This document shows positions 12,401 through 26,500 of a stretch of DNA of 64,000 nt, piece by piece; positions within the stretch are counted from its first letter, which is position 1; every line of letters begins with the position of its first letter. The translations under genes were made by a program, and so were the position numbers. Below the pieces are notes generated by a model. It had not been told where the DNA came from, did not search any database, and saw only the letters and a list, made by a program, of their open reading frames with translations. This stretch comes from Auanema rhodensis (taxonomy: Eukaryota; Animalia; Nematoda): positions 1,240,001 to 1,304,000 of the forward strand of contig OZ059894.1 in NCBI GenBank assembly GCA_964057225.1, read 5' to 3'.

Positions 12401-15400
12401 GGCAAAGACGATCGACAATGTTTTTCAACGAAAAAATTAATTCTTCAGGGTGAAAATCGAGGATATAAGTGTGAACTTATATCAGTTGATATCTCGGTGC
12501 ATTTTTAAGCTAGCGCAAATCTGATAACACAGATCGACGCAGCTTAAAAATCCGCATCGAATGCACTATACTACATTGAGAAACGCTTAATACAAAAATT
12601 AGTTATGATCGTTTGAAAAATGATGCATTAGTGTATGTTGAGTTTCCATGTACACTCAACATTGCTTCCAAAAACATTTTGACAAAAATTTTTTCAAAAA
12701 ATTTCAAAATAATTTAGCAAAAAGTAGATGTTTTTAGATTCCTTTTTTCAAGGCAAAGACGATGGACAATGTTATTCAACGAAAAAATTAATTCTTCAGG
12801 GTGAAAATCGAGGATATAAGTGTGAACTTATATCAGTTGATATCTCGGTGCATTTTTAAGCTAGCGCAAATCTGATAACACAGATCGACGCAGCTTAAAA
12901 ATCCGCACCGAATGCACTATATTACATTGAGAAACGCTTAATACAAAAATTAGTTATGATCGTTTGAAAAATGATGCATTAGTGTATGTTGAGTTTCCAT
13001 GTACACTCAACATTGCTTCCAAAAACATTTTGACAAAAATTTTTTCAAAAAATTTGAAAATAATTTAGCAAAAAGTAGATGTTTTTAGATTCCTTTTTTC
13101 AAGGCAAAGACGATGGACAATGTTATTCATCGAAAAAATTAATTCTTCAGGGTGAAAATCGAGGATATAAGTGTGAACTTATATCAGTTGATATCTCGGT
13201 GCATTTTTAAGCTAGCGCAAATCTGATAACACAGATCGACGCAGCTTAAAAATCCGCATCGAATGCACTACATTACATTGAGAAACGCTTAATACAAAAA
13301 TTAGTTATGATCGTTTGAAAAATGATGCATTAGTGTATGTTGAGTTTCCATGTACACTCAACATTGCTTCCAAAAACATTTTGACAAAAATTTTTTCAAA
13401 AAATTTCGATATAATTTAGCAAAAAGTAGATGTTTTTAGATTCCTTTTTTCAAGGCGAAGACGATGGACAATGTTATTCAACGAAAAAATTAATTCTTCA
13501 GGGTGAAAATCGAGGATATAAGTGTGAACTTATATCAGTTGATATCTCGGTGCATTTTTAAGCTAGCGCAAATCTGATAACACAGATCGACGCAGCTTAA
13601 AAATCCGCATCGAATGCACTATACTACATTGAGAAACGCTTAATACAAAAATTAGTTATGATCGTTTGAAAAATGATGCATTAGTGTATGTTGAGTTTCC
13701 ATGTACACTCAACATTGCTTCCAAAAACATTTTGACAAAAATTTTTTCAAAAAATTTCAAAATAATTTAGCAAAAAGTAGATGTTTTTAGATTCCTTTTT
13801 TCAAGGCAAAGACGATCGACAATGTTTTTCAACGAAAAAATTAATTCTTCAGGGTGAAAATCGAGGATATAAGTGTGAACTTATATCAGTTGATATCTCG
13901 GTGCATTTTTAAGCTAGCGCAAATCTGATAACACAGATCGACGCAGCTTAAAAATCCGCATCGAATGCACTATACTACATTGAGAAACGCTTAATACAAA
14001 AATTAGTTATGATCGTTTGAAAAATGATGCATTAGTGTATGTTGAGTTTCCATGTACACTCAACATTGCTTCCAAAAACATTTTGACAAAAATTTTTTCA
14101 AAAAATTTCAAAATAATTTAGCAAAAAGTAGATGTTTTTAGATTCCTTTTTTCAAGGCAAAGACGATGGACAATGTTATTCAACGAAAAAATTAATTCTT
14201 CAGGGTGAAAATCGAGGATATAAGTGTGAACTTATATCAGTTGATATCTCGGTGCATTTTTAAGCTAGCGCAAATCTGATAACACAGATCGACGCAGCTT
14301 AAAAATCCGCACCGAATGCACTATATTACATTGAGAAACGCTTAATACAAAAATTAGTTATGATCGTTTGAAAAATGATGCATTAGTGTATGTTGAGTTT
14401 CCATGTACACTCAACATTGCTTCCAAAAACATTTTGACAAAAATTTTTTCAAAAAATTTGAAAATAATTTAGCAAAAAGTAGATGTTTTTAGATTCCTTT
14501 TTTCAAGGCAAAGACGATGGACAATGTTATTCAACGAAAAAATTAATTCTTCAGGGTGAAAATCGAGGATATAAGTGTGAACATATATCAGTTGATATCT
14601 CGGTGCATTTTTAAGCTAGCGCAAATCTGATAACACAGATCGACGCAGCTTAAAAATCCGCATCGAATGCACTACACTACATTGAGAAACGCTTAATACA
14701 AAAATTAGTTATGATCGTTTGAAAAATGATGCATTAGTGTATGTTGAGTTTCCATGTACACTCAACATTGCTTCCAAAAACATTTTGACAAAACTTTTTT
14801 CGAAAAATTTCAAAATAATTTAGCAAAAAGTAGATGTTTTTAGATTCCTTTTTTCAAGGCAAAGACGATGGACAATGTTATTCAACGAAAAAATTAATTC
14901 TTCAGGGTGAAAATCGAGGATATAAGTGTGAACTTATATCAGTTGATATCTCGGTGCATTTTTAAGCTAGCGCAAATCTGATAACACAGATCGACGCAGC
15001 TTAAAAATCCGCATCGAATGCACTATACTACTTTGAGAAACGCTTAATACAAAAATTAGTTATGATCGTTTGAAAAATGATGCATTAGTGTATGTTGAGT
15101 TTCCATGTACACTCAACATTGCTTCCAAAAACATTTTGACAAAAATTTTTTCGAAAAATTTCAAAATAATTTAGCAAAAAGTAGATGTTTTTAAATTCCT
15201 TTTTTCAAGGCAAAGACGATGGACAATGTTTTTCAACGAAAAAATTAATTCTTCAGGGTGAAAATCGAGGATATAAGTGTGAACTTATATCAGTTGATAT
15301 CTCGGTGCATTTTTAAGCTAGCGCAAATCTGATAACACGGATCGACGCAGCTTAAAAATCCGCATCGAATGCACTATACTACATTGAGAAACGCTTAATA

Positions 15401-16497
15401 CAAAAATTAATTATGATCGTTTGAAAAATGATGCATTAGTGTATGTTGAGTTTCCATGTACACTCAACATTGCTTCCAAAAACATTTTGACAAAAATTTT
15501 TTCGAAAAATTTCAAAATAATTTAGCAAAAAGTAGATGTTTTTAGATTCCTTTTTTCAAGGCAAAGACGATGGACAATGTTTTTCAACGAAAAAATTAAT
15601 TCTTCAGGGTGAAAATCGAGGATATAAGTGTGAACTTATATCAGTTGATATCTCGGTGCATTTTTAAGCTAGCGCAAATCTGATAACACAGATCGACGCA
15701 GCTTAAAAATCCGCATTGAATGCACTATACTACATTGAGAAACGCTTTATACAAAAATTAGTTATGATCGTTTGAAAAATGATGCATTAGTGTATGTTGA
15801 GTTTCCATGTACACTCAACATTGCTTCCAAAAACATTTTGACAAAAATTTTTTCAAAAAATTTCAAAATAATTTAGCAAAAAGTAGATGTTTTTAGATTC
15901 CTTTTTCCAAGGCAAAGACGATGGACAATGTTATTCATCGAAAAAATTAATTCTTCAGGGTGAAAATCGAGGATATAAGTGTGAACTTATATCAGTTGAT
16001 ATCTCGGTGCATTTTTAAGCTAGCGCAAATCTGATAACACAGATCGACGCAGCTTAAAAATCCGCATCGAATGCACTACATTACATTGAGAAACGCTTAA
16101 TACAAAAATTAGTTATGATCGTTTGAAAAATGATGCATTAGTGTATGTTGAGTTTCCATGTACACTCAACATTGCTTCCAAAAACATTTTGACAAAAATT
16201 TTTTCGAAAAATTTCAAAATAATTTAGCAAAAAGTAGATGTTTTTAAATTCCTTTTTTCAAGGCAAAGACGATGGACAATGTTTTTCAACGAAAAAATTA
16301 ATTCTTCAGGGTGAAAATCGAGGATATAAGTGTGAACTTATATCAGTTGATATCTCGGTGCATTTTTAAGCTAGCGCAAATCTGATAACACGGATCGACG
16401 CAGCTTAAAAATCCGCATCGAATGCACTATACTACATTGAGAAACGCTTAATACAAAAATTAATTATGATCGTTTGAAAAATGATGCATTAGTGTAT

Positions 16498-16834
16498 GTT
16501 GAGTTTCCATGTACACTCAACATTGCTTCCAAAAATTTTTTCGAAAAATTTCAAAATAATTTAGCAAAAAGTAGATGTTTTTAGATTCCTTTTTTTAAGG
16601 CAAAGACGATGGACAATGTTTTTCAACGAAAAAATTAATTCTTCAGGGTGAAAATCGAGGATATAAGTGTGAACTTATATCAGTTGATATCTCGGTGCAT
16701 TTTTAAGCTAGCGCAAATCTGATAGCACAGATCGACGCAGCTTAAAAATCCGCATTGAATGCACTATACTACATTGAGAAACGCTTTATACAAAAATTAG
16801 TTATGATCGTTTGAAAAATGATGCATTAGTGTAT
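16498..16834. repeat. 337-bp monomer carrying a 14-bp deletion (monomer 48)
   Basis: TTCCAAAAACATTTTGACAAAAATTTTTT becomes TTCCAAAAATTTTTT at ~16527-16541, and the next monomer starts at 16835 instead of 16849. Confidence 0.95.
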
Positions 16835-19800
16835 GTTGAGTTTCCATGTACACTCAACATTGCTTCCAAAAACATTTTGACAAAAATTTTTTCAAAAAAT
16901 TTCAAAATAATTTAGCAAAAAGTAGATGTTTTTAGATTCCTTTTTCCAAGGCAAAGACGATGGACAATGTTATTCATCGAAAAAATTAATTCTTCAGGGT
17001 GAAAATCGAGGATATAAGTGTGAACTTATATCAGTTGATATCTCGGTGCATTTTTAAGCTAGCGCAAATCTGATACCACAGATCGACGCAGCTTAAAAAT
17101 CCGCATCGAATGCACTATACTACATTGAGAAACGCTTAATACAAAAATTAGTTATGATCGTTTGAAAAATGATGCATTAGTGTATGTTGAGTTTCCATGT
17201 ACACTCAACATTGCTTCCAAAAACATTTTGACAAAAATTTTTTCAAAAAATTTCAAAATAATTTAGCAAAAAGTAGATGTTTTTAGATTCCTTTTTTCAA
17301 GGCAAAAACGATGGACAATGTTATTCAACGAAAAAATTAATTCTTCAGGGTGAAAATCGAGGATATAAGTGTGAACTTATATCAGTTGATATCTCGGTGC
17401 ATTTTTAAGCTAGCGCAAATCTGATAACACAGATCGACGCAGCTTAAAAATCCGCATCGAATGCACTATACTACATTGAGAAACGCTTAATACAAAAATT
17501 AGTTATGATCGTTTGAAAAATGATGCATTAGTGTATGTTGAGTTTCCATGTACACTCAACATTGCTTCCAAAAACATTTTGACAAAAATTTTTTCAAAAA
17601 ATTTCAAAATAATTTAGCAAAAAGTAGATGTTTTTAGATTCCTTTTTCCAAGGCAAAGACGATGGACAATGTTATTCATCGAAAAAATTAATTCTTCAGG
17701 GTGAAAATCGAGGATATAAGTGTGAACTTATATCAGTTGATATCTCGGTGCATTTTTAAGCTAGCGCAAATCTGATACCACAGATCGACGCAGCTTAAAA
17801 ATCCGCATCGAATGCACTATACTACATTGAGAAACGCTTAATACAAAAATTAGTTATGATCGTTTGAAAAATGATGCATTAGTGTATGTTGAGTTTCCAT
17901 GTACACTCAACATTGCTTCCAAAAACATTTTGACAAAAATGTTTTCGGAAAATTTCAAAATAATTTAGCAAAAAGTAGATGTTTTTAGATTCCTTTTTTC
18001 AAGGCAAAGACGATGGACAATGTTTTTCAACGAAAAAATTAATTCTTCAGGGTGAAAATCGAGGATATAAGTGTGAACTTATATCAGTTGATATCTCGGT
18101 GCATTTTTAAGCTAGCGCAAATCTGATAACACAGATCGACGCAGCTTAAAAATCCGCATCGAATGCACTATACTACATTGAGAAACGCTTTATACAAAAA
18201 TTAGTTATGATCGTTTGAAAAATGATGCATTAGTGTATGTTGAGTTTCCATGTACACTCAACATTGCTTCCAAAAACATTTTGACAAAAATTTTTTCAAA
18301 AAATTTCAAAATAATTTAGCAAAAAGTAGATGTTTTTAGATTCCTTTTTTCAAGGCAAAAACGATGGACAATGTTATTCAACGAAAAAATTAATTCTTCA
18401 GGGTGAAAATCGAGGATATAAGTGTGAACTTATATCAGTTGATATCTCGGTGCATTTTTAAGCTAGCGCAAATCTGATAACACAGATCGACGCAGCTTAA
18501 AAATCCGCATTGAATGCACTATACTACATTGAGAAACGCTTAATACAAAAATTAGTTATGATCGTTTGAAAAATGATGCATTAGTGTATGTTGAGTTTCC
18601 ATGTACACTCAACATTGCTTCCAAAAACATTTTGACAAAACTTTTTTCGAAAAATTTCAAAATAATTTAGCAAAAAGTAGATGTTTTTAGATTCCTTTTT
18701 TCAAGGCAAAGACGATGGACAATGTTATTCAACGAAAAAATTAATTCTTCAGGGTGAAAATCGAGGATATAAGTGTGAACTTATATCAGTTGATATCTCG
18801 GTGCATTTTTAAGCTAGCGCAAATCTGATAACACAGATCGACGCAGCTTAAAAATCCGCATCGAATGCACTACATTACATTGAGAAACGCTTAATACAAA
18901 AATTAGTTATGATCGTTTGAAAAATGATGCATTAGTGTATGTTGAGTTTCCATGTACACTCAACATTGCTTCCAAAAACATTTTGACAAAAATTTTTTCA
19001 AAAAATTTCGATATAATTTAGCAAAAAGTAGATGTTTTTAGATTCCTTTTTTCAAGGCGAAGACGATGGACAATGTTATTCAACGAAAAAATTAATTCTT
19101 CAGGGTGAAAATCGAGGATATAAGTGTGAACTTATATCAGTTGATATCTCGGTGCATTTTTAAGCTAGCGCAAATCTGATAACACAGATCGACGCAGCTT
19201 AAAAATCCGCATCGAATGCACTATACTACATTGAGAAACGCTTAATACAAAAATTAGTTATGATCGTTTGAAAAATGATGCATTAGTGTATGTTGAGTTT
19301 CCATGTACACTCAACATTGCTTCCAAAAACATTTTGACAAAAATTTTTTCAAAAAATTTCAAAATAATTTAGCAAAAAGTAGATGTTTTTAGATTCCTTT
19401 TTTCAAGGCAAAGACGATCGACAATGTTTTTCAACGAAAAAATTAATTCTTCAGGGTGAAAATCGAGGATATAAGTGTGAACTTATATCAGTTGATATCT
19501 CGGTGCATTTTTAAGCTAGCGCAAATCTGATAACACAGATCGACGCAGCTTAAAAATCCGCATCGAATGCACTATACTACATTGAGAAACGCTTAATACA
19601 AAAATTAGTTATGATCGTTTGAAAAATGATGCATTAGTGTATGTTGAGTTTCCATGTACACTCAACATTGCTTCCAAAAACATTTTGACAAAAATTTTTT
19701 CAAAAAATTTCAAAATAATTTAGCAAAAAGTAGATGTTTTTAGATTCCTTTTTTCAAGGCAAAGACGATGGACAATGTTATTCAACGAAAAAATTAATTC

Positions 19801-22800
19801 TTCAGGGTGAAAATCGAGGATATAAGTGTGAACTTATATCAGTTGATATCTCGGTGCATTTTTAAGCTAGCGCAAATCTGATAACACAGATCGACGCAGC
19901 TTAAAAATCCGCACCGAATGCACTATATTACATTGAGAAACGCTTAATACAAAAATTAGTTATGATTGTTTGAAAAATGATGCATTAGTGTATGTTGAGT
20001 TTCCATGTACACTCAACATTGCTTCCAAAAACATTTTGACAAAAATTTTTTCAAAAAATTTCAAAATAATTTAGCAAAAAGTAGATGTTTTTAGATTTCT
20101 TTTTTCAAGGCAAAGACGATGGACAATGTTATTCAACGAAAAAATTAATTCTTCAGGGTGAAAATCGAGGATATAAGTGTGAACTTATATCAGTTGATAT
20201 CTCGGTGCATTTTTAAGCTAGCGCAAATCTGATAACACAGATCGACGCAGCTTAAAAATCCGCATCGAATGCACTATACTACATTGAGAAACGCTTAATA
20301 CAAAAATTAGTTATGATCGTTTGAAAAATGATGCATTAGTGTATGTTGAGTTTCCATGTACACTCAACATTGCTTCCAAAAACATTTTGACAAAAATTTT
20401 TTCAAAAAATTTCAAAATAATTTAGCAAAAAGTAGATGTTTTTAGATTCCTTTTTTCGAGGCAAAGACGATCGACAATGTTTTTCAACGAAAAAATTAAT
20501 TCTTCAGGGTGAAAATCGAGGATATAAGTGTGAACTTATATCAGTTGATATCTCGGTGCATTTTTAAGCTAGCGCAAATCTGATAACACAGATCGACGCA
20601 GCTTAAAAATCCGCATCGAATGCACTATACTACATTGAGAAACGCTTAATACAAAAATTAGTTATGATCGTTTGAAAAATGATGCATTAGTGTATGTTGA
20701 GTTTCCATGTACACTCAACATTGCTTCCAAAAACATTTTGACAAAAATTTTTTCAAAAAATTTCAAAATAATTTAGCAAAAAGTAGATGTTTTTAGATTC
20801 CTTTTTTTAAGGCAAAGACGATGGACAATGTTATTCAACGAAAAAATTAATTCTTCAGGGTGAAAATCGAGGATATAAGTGTGAACTTATATCAGTTGAT
20901 ATCTCGGTGCATTTTTAAGCTAGCGCAAATCTGATAACACAGATCGACGCAGCTTAAAAATCCGCACCGAATGCACTATATTACATTGAGAAACGCTTAA
21001 TACAAAAATTAGTTATGATTGTTTGAAAAATGATGCATTAGTGTATGTTGAGTTTCCATGTACACTCAACATTGCTTCCAAAAACATTTTGACAAAAATT
21101 TTTTCAAAAAATTTCAAAATAATTTAGCAAAAAGTAGATGTTTTTAGATTTCTTTTTTCAAGGCAAAGACGATGGACAATGTTATTCAACGAAAAAATTA
21201 ATTCTTCAGGGTGAAAATCGAGGATATAAGTGTGAACTTATATCAGTTGATATCTCGGTGCATTTTTAAGCTAGCGCAAATCTGATAACACAGATCGACG
21301 CAGCTTAAAAATCCGCATCGAATGCACTATACTACATTGAGAAACGCTTAATACAAAAATTAGTTATGATCGTTTGAAAAATGATGCATTAGTGTATGTT
21401 GAGTTTCCATGTACACTCAACATTGCTTCCAAAAACATTTTGACAAAAATTTTTTCAAAAAATTTCAAAATAATTTAGCAAAAAGTAGATGTTTTTAGAT
21501 TCCTTTTTCCAAGGCAAAGACGATCGACAATGTTTTTCAACGAAAAAATTAATTCTTCAGGGTGAAAATCGAGGATATAAGTGTGAACTTATATCAGTTG
21601 ATATCTCGGTGCATTTTTAAGCTAGCGCAAATCTGATAACACAGATCGACGCAGCTTAAAAATCCGCATCGAATGCACTATACTACATTGAGAAACGCTT
21701 AATACAAAAATTAGTTATGATCGTTTGAAAAATGATGCATTAGTGTATGTTGAGTTTCCATGTACACTCAACATTGCTTCCAAAAACATTTTGACAAAAA
21801 TTTTTTCAAAAAATTTCAAAATAATTTAGCAAAAAGTAGATGTTTTTAGATTCCTTTTTTCAAGGCAAAGACGATGGACAATGTTATTCAACGAAAAAAT
21901 TAATTCTTCAGGGTGAAAATCGAGGATATAAGTGTGAACTTATATCAGTTGATATCTCGGTGCATTTTCAAGCTAGCGCAAATCTGATAACACAGATCGA
22001 CGCAGCTTAAAAATCCGCACCGAATGCACTATATTACATTGAGAAACGCTTAATACAAAAATAAGTTATGATCGTTTGAAAAATGATGCATTAGTGTATG
22101 TTGAGTTTCCATGTACACTCAACATTGCTTCCAAAAACATTTTGACAAAAATTTTTTCGAAAAATTTCAAAATAATTTAGCAAAAAGTAGATGTTTTTAG
22201 ATTCCTTTTTTCAAGGCAAAGACGATGGACAATGTTATTCAACGAAAAAATTAATTCTTCAGGGTGAAAATTGAGGATATAAGTGTGAACATATATCAGT
22301 TGATATCTCGGTGCATTTTTAAGCTAGCGCAAATCTGATAACACAGATCGACGCAGCTTAAAAATCCGCATCGAATGCACTACACTACATTGAGAAACGC
22401 TTAATACAAAAATTAGTTATGATCGTTTGAAAAATGATGCATTAGTGTATGTTGAGTTTCCATGTACACTCAACATTGCTTCCAAAAACATTTTGACAAA
22501 ACTTTTTTCGAAAAATTTCAAAATAATTTAGCAAAAAGTAGATGTTTTTAGATTCCTTTTTTCAAGGCAAAGACGATGGACAATGTTATTCAACGAAAAA
22601 ATTAATTCTTCAGGGTGAAAATCGAGGATATAAGTGTGAACTTATATCAGTTGATATCTCGGTGCATTTTTAAGCTAGCGCAAATCTGATAACACAGATC
22701 GACGCAGCTTAAAAATCCGCATCGAATGCACTATACTACATTGAGAAACGCTTAATACAAAAATTAGTTATGATCGTTTGAAAAATGATGCATTAGTGTA

Positions 22801-23152
22801 TGTTGAGTTTCCATGTACACTCAACATTGCTTCCAAAAACATTTTGACAAAAATTTTTTCGAAAAATTTCAAAATAATTTAGCAAAAAGTAGATGTTTTT
22901 AAATTCCTTTTTTCAAGGCAAAGACGATGGACAATGTTTTTCAACGAAAAAATTAATTCTTCAGGGTGAAAATCGAGGATATAAGTGTGAACTTATATCA
23001 GTTGATATCTCGGTGCATTTTTAAGCTAGCGCAAATCTGATAACACGGATCGACGCAGCTTAAAAATCCGCATCGAATGCACTATACTACATTGAGAAAC
23101 GCTTAATACAAAAATTAATTATGATCGTTTGAAAAATGATGCATTAGTGTAT

Positions 23153-23502
23153 GTTGAGTTTCCATGTACACTCAACATTGCTTCCAAAAACATTTTGACA
23201 AAAATTTTTTCGAAAAATTTCAAAATAATTTAGAAAAAGTAGATGTTTTTAGATTCCTTTTTTCAAGGCAAAGACGATGGACAATGTTTTTCAACGAAAA
23301 AATTAATTCTTCAGGGTGAAAATCGAGGATATAAGTGTGAACTTATATCAGTTGATATCTCGGTGCATTTTTAAGCTAGCGCAAATCTGATAACACAGAT
23401 CGACGCAGCTTAAAAATCCGCATTGAATGCACTATACTACATTGAGAAACGCTTTATACAAAAATTAGTTATGATCGTTTGAAAAATGATGCATTAGTGT
23501 AT
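23153..23502. repeat. 350-bp monomer with a 1-bp deletion (monomer 67)
   Basis: TTTAGAAAAAGT replaces TTTAGCAAAAAGT at ~23233, and the next monomer starts at 23503. Confidence 0.9.
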
Positions 23503-26500
23503 GTTGAGTTTCCATGTACACTCAACATTGCTTCCAAAAACATTTTGACAAAAATTTTTTCAAAAAATTTCAAAATAATTTAGCAAAAAGTAGATGTTTT
23601 TAGATTCCTTTTTCCAAGGCAAAGACGATGGACAATGTTATTCATCGAAAAAATTAATTCTTCAGGGTGAAAATCGAGGATATAAGTGTGAACTTATATC
23701 AGTTGATATCTCGGTGCATTTTTAAGCTAGCGCAAATCTGATAACACAGATCGACGCAGCTTAAAAATCCGCATCGAATGCACTATACTACATTGAGAAA
23801 CGCTTAATACAAAAATTAGTTATGATCGTTTGAAAAATGATGCATTAGTGTATGTTGAGTTTCCATGTACACTCAACATTGCTTCCAAAAACATTTTGAC
23901 AAAAATTTTTTCAAAAAATTTCAAAATAATTTAGCAAAAAGTAGATGTTTTTAGATTCCTTTTTTCAAGGCAAAGACGATCGACAATGTTTTTCAACGAA
24001 AAAATTAATTCTTCAGGGTGAAAATCGAGGATATAAGTGTGAACTTATATCAGTTGATATCTCGGTGCATTTTTAAGCTAGCGCAAATCTGATAACACAG
24101 ATCGACGCAGCTTGAAAATCCGCATCGAATGCACTATACTACTTTGAGAAACGCTTAATAAAAAAATTAGTTATGATCGTTTGAAAAATGATGCATTAGT
24201 GTATGTTGAGTTTCCATGTACACTCAACATTGCTTCCAAAAACATTTTGACAAAAATTTTTTCGAAAAATTTCAAAATAATTTAGCAAAAAGTAGATGTT
24301 TTTAGATTCCTTTTTTCAAGGCAAAGACGATGGACAATGTTATTCAACGAAAAAATTAATTCTTCAGGGTGAAAATCGAGGATATAAGTGTGAACTTATA
24401 TCAGTTGATATCTCGGTGCATTTTTAAGCTAGCGCAAATCTGATAACACAGATCGACGCAGCTTAAAAATCCGCATCTAATGCACTATACTACTTTGAGA
24501 AACGCTTAATACAAAAATTAGTTATGATCGTTTGAAAAATGATGCATTAGTGTATGTTGAGTTTCCATGTACACTCAACATAGCTTCCAAAAACATTTTG
24601 ACAAAAATTTTTTCGAAAAATTTCAGAATAATTTAGCAAAAAGTAGATGTTTTTAGATTTCTTTTTTCAAGGCAAAGACGATGGACAATGTTATTCAACG
24701 AAAAAATTAATTCTTCAGGGTGAAAATCGAGGATATAAGTGTGAACTTATATCAGTTGATATCTCGGTGCATTTTTAAGCTAGCGCAAATCTGATAACAC
24801 AGATCGACGCAGCTTGAAAATCCGCATCGAATGCACTATACTACTTTGAGAAACGCTTAATACAAAAATTAGTTATGATCGTTTGAAAAATGATGCATTA
24901 GTGTATGTTGAGTTTCCATGTACACTCAACATTGCTTCCAAAAACATTTTGACAAAAATTTTTTCGAAAAATTTCAAAATATTTTAGCAAAAAGTAGATG
25001 TTTTTAGATTCCTTTTTTCAAGGCAAAGACGATGGACAATGTTATTCAACGAAAAAATTAATTCTTCAGGGTGAAAATCGAGGATATAAGTGTGAATTTA
25101 TATCAGTTGATATCTCGGTGCATTTTTAAGCTAGCGCAAATCTGATAACACAGATCGACGCAGCTTGAAAATCCGCATCTAATGCACTATACTACTTTGA
25201 GAAACGCTTCATACAAAAATTAGTTATGATCGTTTGAAAAATGATGCATTAGTGTATGTTGAGTTTCCATGTACACTCAACATAGCTTCCAAAAACATTT
25301 TGACAAAAATTTTTTCGAAAAATTTCAGAATAATTTAGCAAAAAGTAGATGTTTTTAGATTTCTTTTTTCAAGGCAAAGACGATGGACAATGTTATTCAA
25401 CGAAAAAATTAATTCTTCAGGGTGAAAATCGAGGATATAAGTGTGAACTTATATCAGTTGATATCTCGGTGCATTTTTAAGCTAGCGCAAATCTGATAAC
25501 ACAGATCGACGCAGCTTGAAAATCCGCATCGAATGCACTATACTACTTTGAGAAACGCTTAATACAAAAATTAGTTATGATCGTTTGAAAAATGATGCAT
25601 TAGTGTATGTTGAGTTTCCATGTACACTCAACATTGCTTCCAAAAACATTTTGACAAAAATTTTTTCGAAAAATTTCAAAATATTTTAGCAAAAAGTAGA
25701 TGTTTTTAGATTCCTTTTTTCAAGGCAAAGACGATGGACAATGTTATTCAACGAAAAAATTAATTCTTCAGGGTGAAAATCGAGGATATAAGTGTGAACT
25801 TATATCAGTTGATATCTCGGTGCATTTTTAAGCTAGCGCAAATCTGATAACACAGATCGACGCAGCTTGAAAATCCGCATCTAATGCACTATACTACTTT
25901 GAGAAACGCTTAATACAAAAATTAGTTATGATCGTTTGAAAAATGATGCATTAGTGTATGTTGAGTTTCCATGTACACTCAACATTGCTTCCAAAAACAT
26001 TTTGACAAAAATTTTTTCGAAAAATTTCAAATTAATTTAGCAGAAAGTATATGTTTTTAGATTCCTTTTTTCAAGGCAAAGACGATGGACAATGTTATTC
26101 AACGAAAAAATTAATTCTTCAGGGTAAAAGTCGAGGATATAAGTGTGAACTTATATCAGTTGATATCTCGGTGCATTTTTAAGCTAGCGCAAATCTGATA
26201 ACACAGATCGACGCAGCTTGAAAATCCGCATCGAATGCACTATACTACATTGAGGAACGCTTAATACAAAAATTAGTTATGATCGTTTGAAAAATGATGC
26301 ATTAGTGTATGTTGAGTTTCCATGTACACTCAACATAGCTTCCAAAAACATTTTGACAAAAATTTTTTCGAAAAATTTCAGAATAATTTAGCAAAAAGTA
26401 GATGTTTTTAGATTTCTTTTTTCAAGGCAAAGACGATGGACAATGTTATTCAACGAAAAAATTAATTCTTCAGGGTGAAAATCGAGGATATAAGTGTGAA

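Larger units (their letters stand above)
1..23853. repeat. Satellite subfamily domain A (monomers 1-68)
   Basis: Every monomer has pos261 A (AGCTTAAAAAT). Nearly all have pos290 A (CTACATTGAG) and most have pos60 A (TTTTCAAAAA). Variants TTCGATATA, GCACCGA, GAACATATATC and ACGGATC are private to this domain. Confidence 0.9.

Noticed and set aside
21960-22020. Compensatory pair T221C / A261G in hairpin 3
   Set aside because: T221C (21969) occurs once, in a monomer that still has A261, so the two changes are never in cis.
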